NCBI RefSeq assembly: GCF_001194135.2
Contig: NC_068989.1
Location: 90,461,069 to 90,525,068, forward strand
From: Octopus bimaculoides
Taxonomy: Eukaryota
Length of the DNA stretch: 64,000 bases
Direction of reading: 5' to 3'
Shown here piece after piece: positions 25,451 to 40,612 of the stretch (position 1 is its first letter; each line of letters opens with the position of its first letter). The position numbers were made by a program, and so were the translations under genes. The notes under the pieces were generated by a model, which was given only the letters and a program-made list of their open reading frames with translations, was not told the origin of the DNA and made no database searches.

Positions 25451-27299
25451 CAATAGTTACGTTGCCATGGTTTCTTTTACATGTTTCACTTGTTGGGCTG
25501 CAGTTACTCTTGGGCAAAGCCTTTGAGGAATTTTAGTTCATCAAGACCTGTTGAGTCAAGTAACACCAAAATCGTAGCTGTGGCCAGTGCCCCCTGACTG
25601 GCTCTTGTGCCGGTGGCACATAAAATGCGCCATTTGAACATGGTCGATGCCAGTGTTCCCTGATTGGCTCCTGTGCTGGTGGCATGTAAAAGGCACCATC
25701 CAAACATGGTCAATACCACAAGGGGCTAAATATAGAGGGGACAAACAAGGACAGACAAACGGATTAAGTCGATTACATCGACCCCAGTGCGTAACTGGTA
25801 CTTATTTAATCGACCCCGAAAGGATGAAAGGCAAAGTCGACCTCGGCGGAAATTGAACTCAGAACGTAGCGGCAGACGAAATACTGCTAAGCTTTTCTCG
25901 CCCAGCGTGCTAACAGTTCTGCCAGCTCACTGCCTTCCTATCTATCTATGTCTATGTCTGTCTGTCTGTCTATGATGTATGTATGTATCTATATCTACAT
26001 CTCTGTATGTATGTATGTATCTATCTGTGTGTTTGTGTGTGTACCTAGACAACAGCGTTTTGCACTGTTTCTGTCTACCAAATTTTACTCACAAGTAAGT
26101 TTTTGATTCAAGGTGCTGTGCAATGAAATAAATTTCTTAATCACACAGCCATGCTAGTGTGGAGAGTGGTTAATTGTTAATTTCTTTTGTGTTGTTAATC
26201 AGTTTATTTTGTTTTTCCAACCATTTATTGACAAACTGGCTTTCGAGAACAATTTCCAATATTCTCATTCACTAAGACGTCCTTACACACTCACACACAT
26301 TCAATCATACACATATGCACACTATTACACGTACACACACTGCCACACGCACACACTATCACATCTGCACACTCATTCACTCACATACACTCATTCATTC
26401 TCTTTCTTCGTTATCTAGACTGCATGGTTGCTCTTTCATTTGTATACACACTTTTTAACACACCCATGCTCATGACAATCAAATATACAATGTCAAATGT
26501 ACAAAAATGTACACACAGGTATGCGTGCACCTGCGCGCATGTGTGTGTGTCTGCTTGCTCTCACACTTGTACATACTTGCTCTCATACTCCTGTATCATT
26601 AACTCTTCAGCATTCACATTACTCTGTCAAACATAATACCTATTGAATCACATTGTTTCGAATTAATCATGCCTTGCCTTGTAGCTTTCAGATTTTGGTG
26701 ATGTGAATGCTTTATTTTTTACAACGACACTGTAGGATGGTGTAAGAGGCCTGACCTAGTTAGGTTGCACGTAAAACAGGTAGAATATTTGGGCCTGATA
26801 TGGCTGGTTTTAAATGCTAAAGGGTCTACTAATAAAAGAAATTTTTGGTAAAGTTTTGAACACCCTGTAGTATTATCTTTATTCAAAAGCAGTGAGTTGG
26901 TCGAATTAGTATTTAGCATCTGATCCTGGCTATTTACATGTGTTCAAATCCCACTGGGATCAACTTTGCACCTCATCCCTCTGGAGGTTGATATAGTGAC
27001 AATCACTTTCTGCATCAATTTATTCAACTAACCCCTTTTCTCCACGTTTCTGTCCGTGTGTCTATGTCTGTACAAAATTGTAAGTTGTCCTTGTAACGAA
27101 ACCTCATCTAATTGCCCCTGTAGCTAACAAAAGAAACCACCACCACCACCACCATCACCATCATTATTATTATTATTATTATTATTGAGCAGAAGCATGG
27201 ACTCCCTAATACAGACATATAAAGAAACTTGAAACCTTCCATGTGTTGTTTGCGCAATATCTGCAACTTAAAATGGCAAGATAAGATTATCCAATGCTA

Positions 27300-27750
27300 A
27301 AATCTTAGCAAAATGTGTTATTGCCAGTATCCAAAGCATGCTGCTGAGAATTCAGTGCAAGTGGGTAGGAACATGTTGTTTGGATGAAAGATGACTGCAT
27401 TCTGAAAATTCTTCTGTATGGCCAACGAGTGGAGGGATATTGCGGTAAAGGAAGACCTCTCCTTAGGTATAAAGGATAAAGTGAAGCAGTCACTAAAATC
27501 TCTGCAGCTTAACTTGAGATCTTGGGAAAGTCATTGCCGAGATCGATCTGCATAACGTAAAATGTATCATGATGCATCCAAGCAATTTGAGTTGAAGAAA
27601 AACAACAATAGAAAAACTATATTCTACAACCAACAGACACACTTGGCCCAATCCCTGGCAAAACTAAAATCATCAATGTCTCTCCATTGTGACTTCATGG
27701 CAAAAACCAATCCTGGACTCAAATTACATTCACGCATCCGTTGCAAATAG
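27300..27750 (+). mobile_element. Old RTE/BovB-like LINE C-terminal fragment
   Basis: Frameshifted SIQSMLLRIQCKWVG.HVVWMKDDCILKILLYG...GRPLLRYK.DKVKQSLK...WESHCRDRS. Confidence 0.75.
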
Positions 27751-28113
27751 ATGTAGTTTCTTCTATCTTTAAAAGCTGTTCTCTCTCTCTCTCTTTCTCT
27801 CTCCTCCTTTTTAACTCCTCCCCTTCTAACACATTCGTTGAAATCGACAGAAGTGACCGTCATTGTTGTTAAGATAATGAGATGACAGAACGAGTAGAAA
27901 AGCAGGGAAAATGCTTAGTGGTTGGCGTTAGGGAGGGCATCCAGCTGTAGAAACCTTGCCAGATCAGATGGGAGCCTGGTGCAGCCTTCTGGCTTACTAT
28001 TCCTCAGTCAAATCATCCAACCCATGCCAGCATGGAAAACGGACATTAAACAATGATAACGATGATGATGATTTATTCAAAAGCAGTAAATTGGTAGAAT
28101 CTTTAAAAGCTGT

Positions 28114-28183
<70 letters not shown>

Positions 28184-28768
28184 CTTGTTTTTAACTCCTC
28201 CTCTGCAAACGCGTGGAAATTGATGGAAGCGACAGTCGTTGTTGTTAAGATGATGAGATGACAGAACGAGTAGAAAAGCAGGGAAAATGCTCGGTGACAT
28301 TTCTTCCAGCTTTTATATGTTCTGAATGCAAATTCTGCCAGAGTCTGCTTTGCCTTTCATCCTTTCGGTGATGATAGAAGATTAAGTACCAGTTGAGCAT
28401 TTAGGTCGATGTCACCGACTATCCACCTCCCTCAAAATTTCAGGCCTTGCGCCTCTAGTAGAAGGGATTATTATTATTACTATTATTATTATTATTATTA
28501 GGTAGTTGGTTAGAAGAATCACTAAGCATTCGACAAAATGCTTAGCAACATTTCTGCCAGTCTGCATGTTCTGAGCGCAAATGCTGCCAAGGTTGACTTG
28601 GCCTTTCAGGCTGAATAAAATAAGATACCAGCCGGGTGATGGGGGTTGATGTAATCAATTTGCTTCATCCTCCTTCGATTTGCTAGCATTGTGCCAAAGT
28701 TAGAAAGAATTATTATTATTATTATTATTATTTAGTTTTTCTGTTTGGTTTGCAAAATTCGTGAACTC

Positions 28769-28820
<52 letters not shown>

Positions 28821-29498
28821 CATAATGATAATAATGGAATTTCTCTTGAGCATCATTCCGCTCTAATGCTGATGGTATAGATTCTTTTCATGTTCTGATT
28901 GATACTGGAAATATTTTCACTAAGCGGACGTATAATGAGTTTAATATAGAAACACAATTTGTATGTATGAACTGACGGACAGAGATTGGGATGGTTTGAT
29001 GGTTAAATAGATTGTGGGTCATTGTGTGTTTGGTTTTTCATTGGATGGACCAAACCAAAAGCTTGTTTTAGAAATTTTGCAAGGCCCTCTCGTTCAGTGC
29101 ATCTTGCTTCAAACTGATACAGTTTGTGCTCACATTACGAGGGGGAGGGAAGAAGAGAAAAACCAAACCAAACGGCCATTAAATGTATGGTGAGATACAT
29201 ATGTGTATATACATGAATGTATGTACATGTGTGTGTATGTGTGTATTGGAAAAAGACTTTTGGTATTATTGTATTATATATACATACACATATATGTGTG
29301 TGTGAACACGTATGTATATACATGTCTATGTGTGAGTGCTTATATATATATATACACATATATACAGACACATACACATGTCTGTGTGTGTCTTGGTATA
29401 TGTGCACACGTATGTATGTCGGAACACATACTGATACACAGATATAGGCACATACATATTTGAAAGTATGTGTGTGAGTGTCTGTATGTGCATACACA

Positions 29499-29540
<42 letters not shown>

Positions 29541-31800
29541 GTGCATACATATATATACACACATACACGTACGCACAAACATTTTCCATATGGGGAGATT
29601 CCTTTTTCTAGATTTTTATTGGAGAAATTTATTTCATGGTTGGATTCTCTCTTCTATTGATGACCATTGAACTATGAAGTAGAAATGGATTCTGTTTTTT
29701 GATTTTTTCATTCTCAGTTGGGAAAACTGGAGTGCAGAGAAAGAGAGAGAGAGAGAGAGAACGCTGTGAACTGTCTGCCTTGCCCAGAGGTATATGACAC
29801 TGAATATGGTAGATTTGAACTTGTGGTCAGTGCTTAACACAAAGGCTAGCCACTCTTTGGCCAGTTTTGGTCATGTGTTTCATGATAGGAGCAGCTGGTG
29901 ATATCATTTCTGTTAACTTTGAAAGAAGAATGGTAAATGAAAAAAAAAAAAGAAAAAAAGGAAATAGTTGTGCTTGCATACAGGAATGTTCCCTGCTTCC
30001 TTCTTCAGCTGAGAGTTCCTAATCTTGTGGGCCCATGGGTGCCAGTGCCTTGTAAAAAGCACCTGTGCTGGTGCTACCTGTAAAAGGCACCCAGTCCACA
30101 CTCTGTAAAGTGGTTGGCATTAAGAAGGCCATCCAACCATAGGAACCATGCTAAAACAGACACAAAACCCAGGCAGCTCTCCAGTTGACCAGCTCCTATC
30201 AACCAGTCCAACCCATGCCAGCATGGAAAAACAGACGTTAAATGATGATGAGGGTGTGTGTGTTACCACTTGCTTTGTCTGGTCATTGGGAAATACTACA
30301 TTATGTAGAAATAGGTGTGGGTTAGCTACAGGAAGGGTGTCTGGTTGTAGAGAATCCACCTCTACAAATTCCGTTTGGCCCATACGAGCATGAAAAGGGG
30401 GCTGTTAAAATAATGATGATAATGTGTCTGACGAAAAGAAAAAAGAGACCTGGTGGTGATGGGATTAAAATGTGAACTTGGTCAAGTTTGTAAGTAGCAG
30501 AGATGACCTTCTTCATGTGTTTTGTTTCAGTTATTGAACTCTGGCCATGCTGGATCACTGCCTTCTTGGGTTGTCAGCGGTGACTGGTTGTCAAGCGGTG
30601 GTCACACACACACACACACATACACATGCTAGGCTTCTTTCCAAATCTACTTACAAGGCTTTGGTTGGTTTGAGGCTATAGTAGAAGACACTTGCCCAAG
30701 GTGCCACGCAGTGGGACTGAACCCAGAACCCTATGGTTGGGAAACAAACTTCTTACCACACGGCCATGCTTGTGCCTTTATGTTTATATATACTTATGTA
30801 TACACAGGAAGCAGCTTGTTTAGGGGCCAGGTGCTTAATTGCGTAGTATTGACATAGACAGATGTACACTAATATACAAGCATCGGAATAAATGTAAAAA
30901 AATAATTATTCTCTCACTTTATCTCTCTCTCTCTCTCACCCCCCTCACACATGAACACATGAACACACTCATAAAACTACATGTTCATGTCCAAACAAAT
31001 GTATGTGCTCCGCTCATATACAGATACGCAGAGACGTGTGTGTATTTGTATTCTCACACACATTCATTCCTCGTTTGCAATTAAAATTTATCTCCTGACA
31101 CAATAAGCCATTATTGAAATATGTTTCAAGTTATAGGTTTCCTTCCACATGTGGTTACCATTATTTCTTAATCAGGAAGGGATAAGATCGTCATCATCAT
31201 CATCATCATCATTATGAAGGCAACAAGCTGGCAGAATCGTTAGCACGCCAGGCGAAATGCTTAGCGGTATTTCGTCTGTCTTTACGTTCTGAGTTCAAAT
31301 TCCGCCGAGGTCGACTTTGCCTTTCATCCTTTTGGAAGCAATAAATTAAATACCAGTTGAACATTGTGGTCGATGGAATCAACTTGTCTCCTTCCAAAAT
31401 TTCAGGGCTTGTGCCTATAGTAGAAAGGATTATTATTATTATTATTATTATCATTATTATTATTACCTCTGCCTTAGTGAAGGCAGTGTTATTGTTTTCA
31501 GTTGAGTTTGTTTGTTGTTTGTCCGTGGACAAGAACCGCCGGATGGATTCGGATGAAGCTTTCAGGGATGTTTGGCCTCGTGGCTGGCACAAATTTCTTA
31601 TATTTTGGGATTCTGAATTATCGTTCCTGTTTTTTATTTACTTAATCTTTGAGAGCGGGCGGTTTCATTTCTGGTATTCTCGTTTGTGAGAGCCGTCGAG
31701 TTTATTTCGGATATCCTCATTTTAAAAATCATCTCTGGCTAATCATTGAAAGGACGTTGGTGTTTCCTTGGTGGAAGTTTGCACTCTCTGAGTGCTCTTG

Positions 31801-31836
<36 letters not shown>

Positions 31837-34800
31837 GTTTATTATTATTAAAAGAGTGATGATGTGACAGAATTGGTAGAGTGGGGGACAAAATTCCAGG
31901 GTATTTAGTTCCCTCTTTTTACAAGGTTTGACTTTGCCTTTCATCCTTTTGGGGTTTATAAATTAAGTACCAGTCGAGTACTGGGGTCAATGTAATCGAC
32001 TGTCCCCTCCCCCGAAAATCTCAGGCCTTGTGCTTTTAGTAGAAAGGTTTATGGTGGTGGAGGAGTGAGTTTGATACTACTACTACTACTACTAGTAGTA
32101 GTAGTAGTATAAGACTTTAAAGTTGTGGTAGTGTATGGAGGGGGGGGTGGCGAGGGTGGATGGAGCAGGAAGGGATTGGATGGGGGTGCAGGTTTGGGCA
32201 TGTGATAGCAGTCCAGATGATGGTTGATGTGAATAAAGCTTGATGATGTTTATGTCTGTTTGTCTGTTGTTATGNNNNNNNNNNNNNNNNNNNNNNNNNN
32301 NNNNNNNNNNNNNNNNNNNNNNNNNNNNNNNNNNNNNNNNNNNNNNNNNNNNNNNNNNNNNNNNNNNNNNNNNNNNNNNNNNNNNNNNNNNNNNNNNNNN
32401 NNNNNNNNNNNNNNNNNNNNNNNNNNNNNNNNNNNNNNNNNNNNNNNNNNNNNNNNNNNNNNNNNNNNNNNNNNNNNNNNNNNNNNNNNNNNNNNNNNNN
32501 NNNNNGTGTTGGCCTGGTGGTGGTGGTGGTGGTGGTGAGAAGATAATTAAAAGCAATCAGAGATGAAGATGGGGGGTGTGAGGTGGTCATTGTTATAGCT
32601 GGTTGGTGAGAAGGTGAGGGGGGCAGGAGTGGGGATGGGGGTTTGAAGAATTCCTAGGGTGGGGGTGAAGAGAATGCTGGTTGGTGTGGGAGATGAATAC
32701 TTCCCAACAATGTGTGTGTGTGTGTGGTGTGCCACCGACCAGAGTATATACTGTAATAAGCAGTGCCTAGTGCCTATTGTCTGTTGTTCTTTATGCTTCT
32801 GGTAGGGGAGGGCACTGGGGGTGGTGAGGTGATTCAAGTTTATTATTGCTCTCTTTTATATGTCTCTAATCCCCACCCCAACTCCCGGGGGTGGGGGAGA
32901 CCTCTCCATCTATTATTTTCACTATTTTCTCCTCCGTCCCCCTGAGTAATTCCTTTTCCAATTAAAACCTGCCATACTTATTCTTCTGCTACTCATAAGC
33001 AAGATCTTGGTTAATCTCTAATGCAGCATAATACTGCCCCACCGCCCACCACCGTTTCCCCTCCTTCCTGCCCTCCTCTTTGTGTGTGTGTGTGTGTGTG
33101 TGTGTTATCAACTCATCAACGTGAGTACGTGTATCTCACCCCTCTCCTCATGCACCCTCTGCACCTGCTGCCACGCGACCAGCTGCCTGTGTGGGTGGGT
33201 GGGTGCATGTTTGTGTGCGTGTGTGTCTGTCCCTCATGAGCACGTGTGCATGCAAGTTCACACATGTCATTCATACTCCTCTCCTTAACCCAATTTCCTT
33301 CTCTCCCCCCACCCCCCTTTCAAGCTCCTGTTGATGTAGCCCTCTTCCTTGCTCTTTCCCTGTTTCTCTTGCAATGGCATCAGTGATAGTGATGCAAACT
33401 CTAACGGTAAGAAGTAAGATAAGTGATGACAACGATGACAACGATGATCATTGACATCATCATTTTAAATGGAGTCTAGGACATTTACCCCNNNNNNNNN
33501 NNNNNNNNNNNNNNNNNNNNNNNNNNNNNNNNNNNNNNNNNNNNNNNNNNNNNNNNNNNNNNNNNNNNNNNNNNNNNNNNNNNNNNNNNNNNNNNNNNNN
33601 NNNNNNNNNNNNNNNNNNNNNNNNNNNNNNNNNNNNNNNNNNNNNNNNNNNNNNNNNNNNNNNNNNNNNNNNNNNNNNNNNNNNNNNNNNNNNNNNNNNN
33701 NNNNNNNNNNNNNNNNNNNNNNNNNNNNNNNNNNNNNNNNNNNNNNNNNNNNNNNNNNNNNNNNNNNNNNNNNNNNNNNNNNNNNNNNNNNNNNNNNNNN
33801 NNNNNNNNNGGGGTAATTGTCCTGGGGTGGGGGTAATTGTCCTGATATGTTTTAAATGTCTCTTTTGGGGTCAGCTGGAATTTGTTGGGGCAGATTTTCT
33901 GTGCCTGCCTACCCTTCTTGTCACCAGCCCTCACCTGTTTCCCAGGTAAGGTAATCCTCCACCCCCATGATGAGACTTATGCCTGACCTTTTGTTTAGAA
34001 AACATTGGTTTCAAATTTTTGCACAAGGCCAGCAATTTCAGGGGTTGGGGTGAGTTGATTACATTGACCCCCAGTGCTTGACTGGTACCTGTTTTATCAA
34101 CCCCGAAAGGATGAAAGGCAAAGTCAACCATGGCGATGAGAATAATGATAACGATGATAAAAATCACAAATGCTCTTCATTCCACACCTAACAGAACAAC
34201 CTTCAATGTTTCTTCCCAGCCAGTTAACCCACATCATGATGACCAAACATCAATATCTCTGCAGGATGATGTAACAACTGGCACCATTCATAATTCAATG
34301 GGTCTCCTACAAATGGTGGCAGTCCATTGTTTTGGTTACAACAGGAGTAATTGTTGTCTGGTTTGGTCTTTGTTGCACCTGAAGTCTGTTGCTGGGAGTG
34401 GTTGGCATTGTTGGAGATCTGGTGTGTGTGTGGGGTGGGGGGAGGGGGAGGTGAATGAGGGGAGGTGGGGGTGCTCATCAATATCAATTGTAGATGTAGG
34501 CATAGCTGTATGNNNNNNNNNNNNNNNNNNNNNNNNNNNNNNNNNNNNNNNNNNNNNNNNNNNNNNNNNNNNNNNNNNNNNNNNNNNNNNNNNNNNNNNN
34601 NNNNNNNNNNNNNNNNNNNNNNNNNNNNNNNNNNNNNNNNNNNNNNNNNNNNNNNNNNNNNNNNNNNNNNNNNNNNNNNNNNNNNNNNNNNNNNNNNNNN
34701 NNNNNNNNNNNNNNNNNNNNNNNNNNNNNNNNNNNNNNNNNNNNNNNNNNNNNNNNNNNNNNNNNNNNNNNNNNNNNNNNNNNNNNNNNNNNNNNNNNNN

Positions 34801-35077
34801 NNNNNNNNNNNNNNNNNNNNNNNNNNNNNNNNNNNNNNNNNNNNNNNNNNNNNNNNNNNNNNNNNNNNNNNNNNNNNNNNNNNNNNNNNNNNNNNNNNNN
34901 NNNNNNNNNNNNNNNNNNNNNNNNNNNNNNNNNNNNNNNNNNNNNNNNNNNNNNNNNNNNNNNNNNNNNNNNNNNNNNNNNNNNNNNNNNNNNNNNNNNN
35001 NNNNNNNNNNNNNNNNNNNNNNNNNNNNNNNNNNNNNNNNNNNNNNNNGAAGACTGGTGAAACCAGCTGGCTACACC

Positions 35078-35135
<58 letters not shown>

Positions 35136-35943
35136 CACCATCATCATCATTTAACATCTGTCGTCCAGGCATGCATGGGTAGGACAGTCGACAGGAGCCA
35201 GTCAAATAGAAAACTACCCCAGGCTACAGTGTCTGTTTTGCCCATCCTAACACTGACCACTCTGCAGATCGAGTTGAATGACCTTCTTTAGGATGTGGTG
35301 TACGAGGTCTTCCTCAGGCTCAAATCCTCGTTGTTGGGTACTGGCTTGAGTGCCTCAATGGCCATGAGAGCTATGCCAGTGGGGCACAAGCCCTTAAAGA
35401 GCCTGCCATGTTGGGAAAATGTAAGGACAGAGGCCAGAATAATAAGGATCACCTCTTCCCAGAGGTAAAACTCGTTTTGCATAGAGCCAGAAAACCTGCC
35501 GAGAAAAAGCCAAGTTACAGAAGCATTGAAGACGATGTATCTCCATTATGAAAACTGTTAACATCATCAGTGGAATGGCTGAACCCAGGGCGCAGTGTTG
35601 CAGGAGAGAATGAAATGGAATACTACCCTTTCATATCTAAATGGGCAGAGACACAGACACACTTGTACACATTCACAACCATTCCCAATATGTACAGTAG
35701 AGAGGAGAGACAGAGAGAATTGAAGAGACAACCACAAAGCAGACAAGACAGGTTCTGCATCAACTGCCTCACCGACACCACTCCAAGATGCCAACCCAGT
35801 GTCCAAGACATAAATAGCAACAACAATAACAATACCGATAGCAAGAATAACAGCAGGGATTTTCTGAGTTAAAAATCGTTCAAGGTCAGCTCTGCATTTC
35901 ATCCTTCTTTGGCTGATAAAGTACCAGTCTAATACTAGGGTCA

Positions 35944-35979
<36 letters not shown>

Positions 35980-36223
35980 TGGTTACATTGTTCTATGAAA
36001 AGGATCTCTCTTATTCGTATCAGTCATTTGACTGCGGCCATGCTGGAGCACTGCCTTTAGTCGAGAAAATTGACCCCAGGACTTATATTTTGTAAGTCTA
36101 GTACTCATTCTATTGGGCCCTTTTGCTGAACTGCTAAGTTACGGGGTCGTAAACACACCAGCATCGGTTGTTAAGCGATGGTGGTGGTGGTGGTGGTGGG
36201 GGGGGGCAAACATATAGACACAA

Positions 36224-36256
<33 letters not shown>

Positions 36257-37527
36257 AGAGGATTGGCTTCTTTCAGTTTCCGTCTACCAAATCCACTCAC
36301 GAGGCTTTGGTCGGCCCGAGGCTCTAGTAAAAGACACTGCTCGAGATGGCACACAGTGAGACTGATCCCGGAACCGTGTGGTTGGTAAGCAAGGAATAGA
36401 GGGGGTCACAATTTCCTGTTCTCTAGAAATGGAGAAAGGCTGAGTGAGAGGCTATTGATCTCTTCTCATTATGTCAAAATATGGACCAATGTGCAGTATT
36501 TAGTGGAATGGAAATAAAAGCAAAAAAGAATATTATGCAGATCATTGAAGGCCAGCATCAGGAAACAAAATATGCTGAAACTTGTATTGATTCCAGTTGT
36601 AACAACAACCACCACCCATTGTTCCTGTTATCTGAAGCTGTGTAACTTTTCATTACCAATATATGTATAATTCATATTAATATCTGTCTGCCACGAGAAA
36701 CATTTACATAAATCACTAACCCCTACCTTTTCTTCTCTCTCCTCCTCATGAAACAAAACTCTCATCTGTGGAACAGTACTATTGTAAACACGAAACATGC
36801 TGCGGTTCTTACTTTAGCCCTTTGCTTCCTGTGGAGTCTAGGCCATTGATGACTTTTCACTTCTGTTCTTGGCTCTGCGCTGTCGTTTTACATTATTTCC
36901 ATTATTTACATTTGACGGATATTTTGTCCTCATCTTGTTTGTTGTTAACATGTTTCGGCTGAAAGTTTCCCTGACTGTCAGCTTGTACACACCGAAGTTC
37001 AGCTTGTCTGGGATGCCAGCAACATTAGGGCCAGCCCTGCCTGAAGTTCAGTAGTAATCTGGATGCAAGATTTGTATGGAGTTAGTTTCTCTTAGATGAA
37101 CAGCTAAAGAACTGAAGGGCCTCATTTTTCCTGGTTTTATTAGGGTTTCTGTGAGTGCATAGCCAATTCCATGACATGGTAAATTAACCCACAGCTGGGG
37201 CCTAACATACAGCCTGGTTTAATACTACCACCAGGTCCTTAGAGTTCATTCACTCTTGTTGTAGGCATTTCGACTAGAGTCGAGCCACAAATGACCTACT
37301 TACCTACATTGACTTAGACATGTATATGGGTGGAACATCAACCAAACCGATTTGACCAACTTGTAAGGTTTATGAATGCCGAGTGGATTTTAGGGAGGCC
37401 CCCACATGTGATGGTGATTAGGAGCAACAGGCCATTCCATCTTAAACCATTCACACACAGACACTGAGTTGTTATTTCACTTGGATCAGGAAGGTAGAGC
37501 TCCAGCATGGTCTTGGCTGTAATGGTG

Positions 37528-37597
37528 AAAACAAAGTAAAACAAAGTAAAACAAAGTAAAACAAAGTAAAACAAAGTAAAACAAAGTAAAACAAAGT
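37528..37597. repeat. Minisatellite (AAAACAAAGT) x7
   Basis: Seven perfect 10-bp units. Confidence 0.95.
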
Positions 37598-38059
37598 AAA
37601 AGACAAGATGTATTGATTATGATGCTGACCTTGTTCTATCCTAACAATAGAGTTTTTAGGCATGGATGTGTGTGGGTGTGTACATACACACACACACATA
37701 CAGGTACACTCACACATACACAACATACATATATATGTACGCATATACATATACATGTATGTATGTGCGCGCGCACACACTCTCACACATATACACACAA
37801 TCTTTATGTACATACATGGAGACACAGATAAAATCTGTACACGTACATACACATACATGCTCATGTCTACAAATACACACCTACTCAATAACAATGGCCC
37901 ACGCACACACACACACACACACACTCTTTCTCTCTCTCTCTCTCTTTCTTTTTCTCTCACCCCCCCCACCCTTCATGCTTCAACACACAAATTTTGAACA
38001 TACAAATATTTGCTATTTTTATAACTTCTCACTGATGCATGTCTGTTATTGCATGCATT

Positions 38060-38095
<36 letters not shown>

Positions 38096-38409
38096 TAGGG
38101 GTGGTGGTGAAGAAGCCTCATAGTGGGAACCTGTTACTATTCTTTTTATAGCTGTCAGTGTTTACATGATTGTATGTATGTATATGTGTGTGTGTGTGTG
38201 TGTGTGTTGTAATTGCGATGTGAACTAATTGGCTATTTTAAAAAATAATTGTCAGTATATACACACATACACGAGTGTGTGTGTGTGTGTCTGTTAACGT
38301 ATGTGTATATCGTTGTATATAGTATGTTTATGTGTAAAAATGGTGATAGTAGTCATGGTGCGAACTGATAACTTGTTTTATTTATAGCTAGTAGTAACTT
38401 AGTATTTGA

Positions 38410-38487
<78 letters not shown>

Positions 38488-38689
38488 GTATGTATTTGTG
38501 GTCAGTGGACGGTGGCCATGCTGGGGCACCACCTTCAGTTGAATTGAACAAATCAACCTCAATACTTACTTTATTGGTCTCTTCTGTCTAACCTGCTAAG
38601 TTAGAGGGACATAAATGAACCAACACTTGCTGTCAAGCAGTGGAAAGGAGACGAAAACAAATATAGACACAATGACACACACACATATG

Positions 38690-38729
<40 letters not shown>

Positions 38730-39659
38730 TGGGTGTGTGGTAAGAAGCTTGCTTCCCAACCACATGGTTTCGGGTTCAGTCCCACTACGTGGCACCTTGG
38801 GCAAGTGTCTTCTATGGTCTCGGGCCAACCAAAGCCTTGTGAGTGGATTTAGTAGACGGAAACAGAAAGAAGCCCATCATATATATATTATTGTAGGGTA
38901 GGCCAGTAGGGTAGTACACACATGCACACATCTTTTACCTGTTTCAGTCATTGGACTGTGGTCATGCTGGGGCACTGCCACTAAGGCTTCAGTTGAACAA
39001 ACCTCCCCCAGTATTTCGGTTTGTGTGGATGGATGGAGTGAGGAAAGCTTTGGTGGTTAGAGGTGTTGGAGTGAGAGAGGCAAGAGAGTTTATAAATGAT
39101 AGGAAAGCTTAGAGAGTGTTTGTGGACAGATGAGTGAGTGTGATGTGGCTCAAAGGAGTACAGAACCAGCATGATGCAGCAGGGTGGTGAATGGGTGGAG
39201 GCAAACCAGCATATATATGCTGTCGGGGGTGGGGGTGGGACCAGCTGCTGCTATTGGGGGTTGTGTTCTATGCCTTGACCCGAGCATAGAACAGGAGTTC
39301 ACCCCTTTGAGCTGGGAAATGAATGGAATGCCTTGTGTGTGTCTTGTTGTGACTACCCCCTCCTAAAAAAATGAGGAATAGGCCTGGCTATATAAAAAAA
39401 CTTGTGTGTGTTGTATATTGTGTGTGTGTTGATGTTAACTAGGATAATGTATGTTAAATTCTAGTATAGACAGTATATATTTATGCTTTTGTAATTGGCC
39501 AGTAGGGTGTGTGTGTGTGTGTTATATATTGGTGTGTGTCAGTAGGTAAATCTGTGGTTGAGTGTATAATGTATATATTTTAATGTATTAATGTGTTTAA
39601 GCAGTAAGTTGCAGATGCATGTTTTTCTATATGTAATTAGTGATGTCTGCATATATATA

Positions 39660-39702
<43 letters not shown>

Positions 39703-39808
39703 ATATGTATATATATGTATATATACATATATTTCAGTATGGTTATATACACACTATTATGTGTGTGTGTAGTTGGTGGTAACAGTGATTTGTGTGTATG
39801 TGTGTATA

Positions 39809-39851
<43 letters not shown>

Positions 39852-40197
39852 ATAATAATATTAGGGACAAGATCCAAAATTACAGGTAAAAACTATATNN
39901 NNNNNNNNNNNNNNNNNNNNNNNNNNNNNNNNNNNNNNNNNNNNNNNNNNNNNNNNNNNNNNNNNNNNNNNNNNNNNNNNNNNNNNNNNNNNNNNNNNNN
40001 NNNNNNNNNNNNNNNNNNNNNNNNNNNNNNNNNNNNNNNNNNNNNNNNNNNNNNNNNNNNNNNNNNNNNNNNNNNNNNNNNNNNNNNNNNNNNNNNNNNN
40101 NNNNNNNNNNNNNNNNNNNNNNNNNNNNNNNNNNNNNNNNNNNNNNNNNNNNNNNNNNNNNNNNNNNNNNNNNNNNNNGAGAGAGAGAGAGAGAGAG

Positions 40198-40375
40198 AGG
40201 CACAGGAATGGCTGTGTGGTAAGTAGCTTGCTTACCAACCACATGGTTCCAGGTTCATTCCCACTGCGTGGCATCTTGGGCAAGTGTCTTCTACTATAGC
40301 CTCAGGCCGACCAAAGCCTTGTGAGTGGATTTGGTAGACGGAAACTGAAAGAAGCCCGTCGTATATATGTGTGTG

Positions 40376-40406
<31 letters not shown>

Positions 40407-40612
40407 ATATGTTTGTGTGTCTGTGTTTGTGCCCCCATCATCGCTTGACAACTGATGGTAGTGTGTTTACGTCCTCGTAACTTAGCGGTTTGGCAAAAGA
40501 GTCTGATAGAATAAGTACTAGGCTTACAAAGAATAAGTCCTGGGATCGATTTGCTCGACTAAAGGCGGTGCTCCAGCATGGCCGCAGTCAAATGACTGAA
40601 ACAAGTAAAAGA
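40198..40612 (+). mobile_element. Full-length SINE family 1 copy (tRNA-like head, internal microsatellite, TGACTGAAACAAGTAAAAGA tail)
   Basis: GGCTGTGTGGTAAGTAGC...GGTTCATTCCCACTGCG head. Many relatives, e.g. 535-690, 18790-19170, 30600-30770, 36010-36390, 38730-38880, 45365-45760, 47940-48310 and 50350-50520. Confidence 0.85.
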
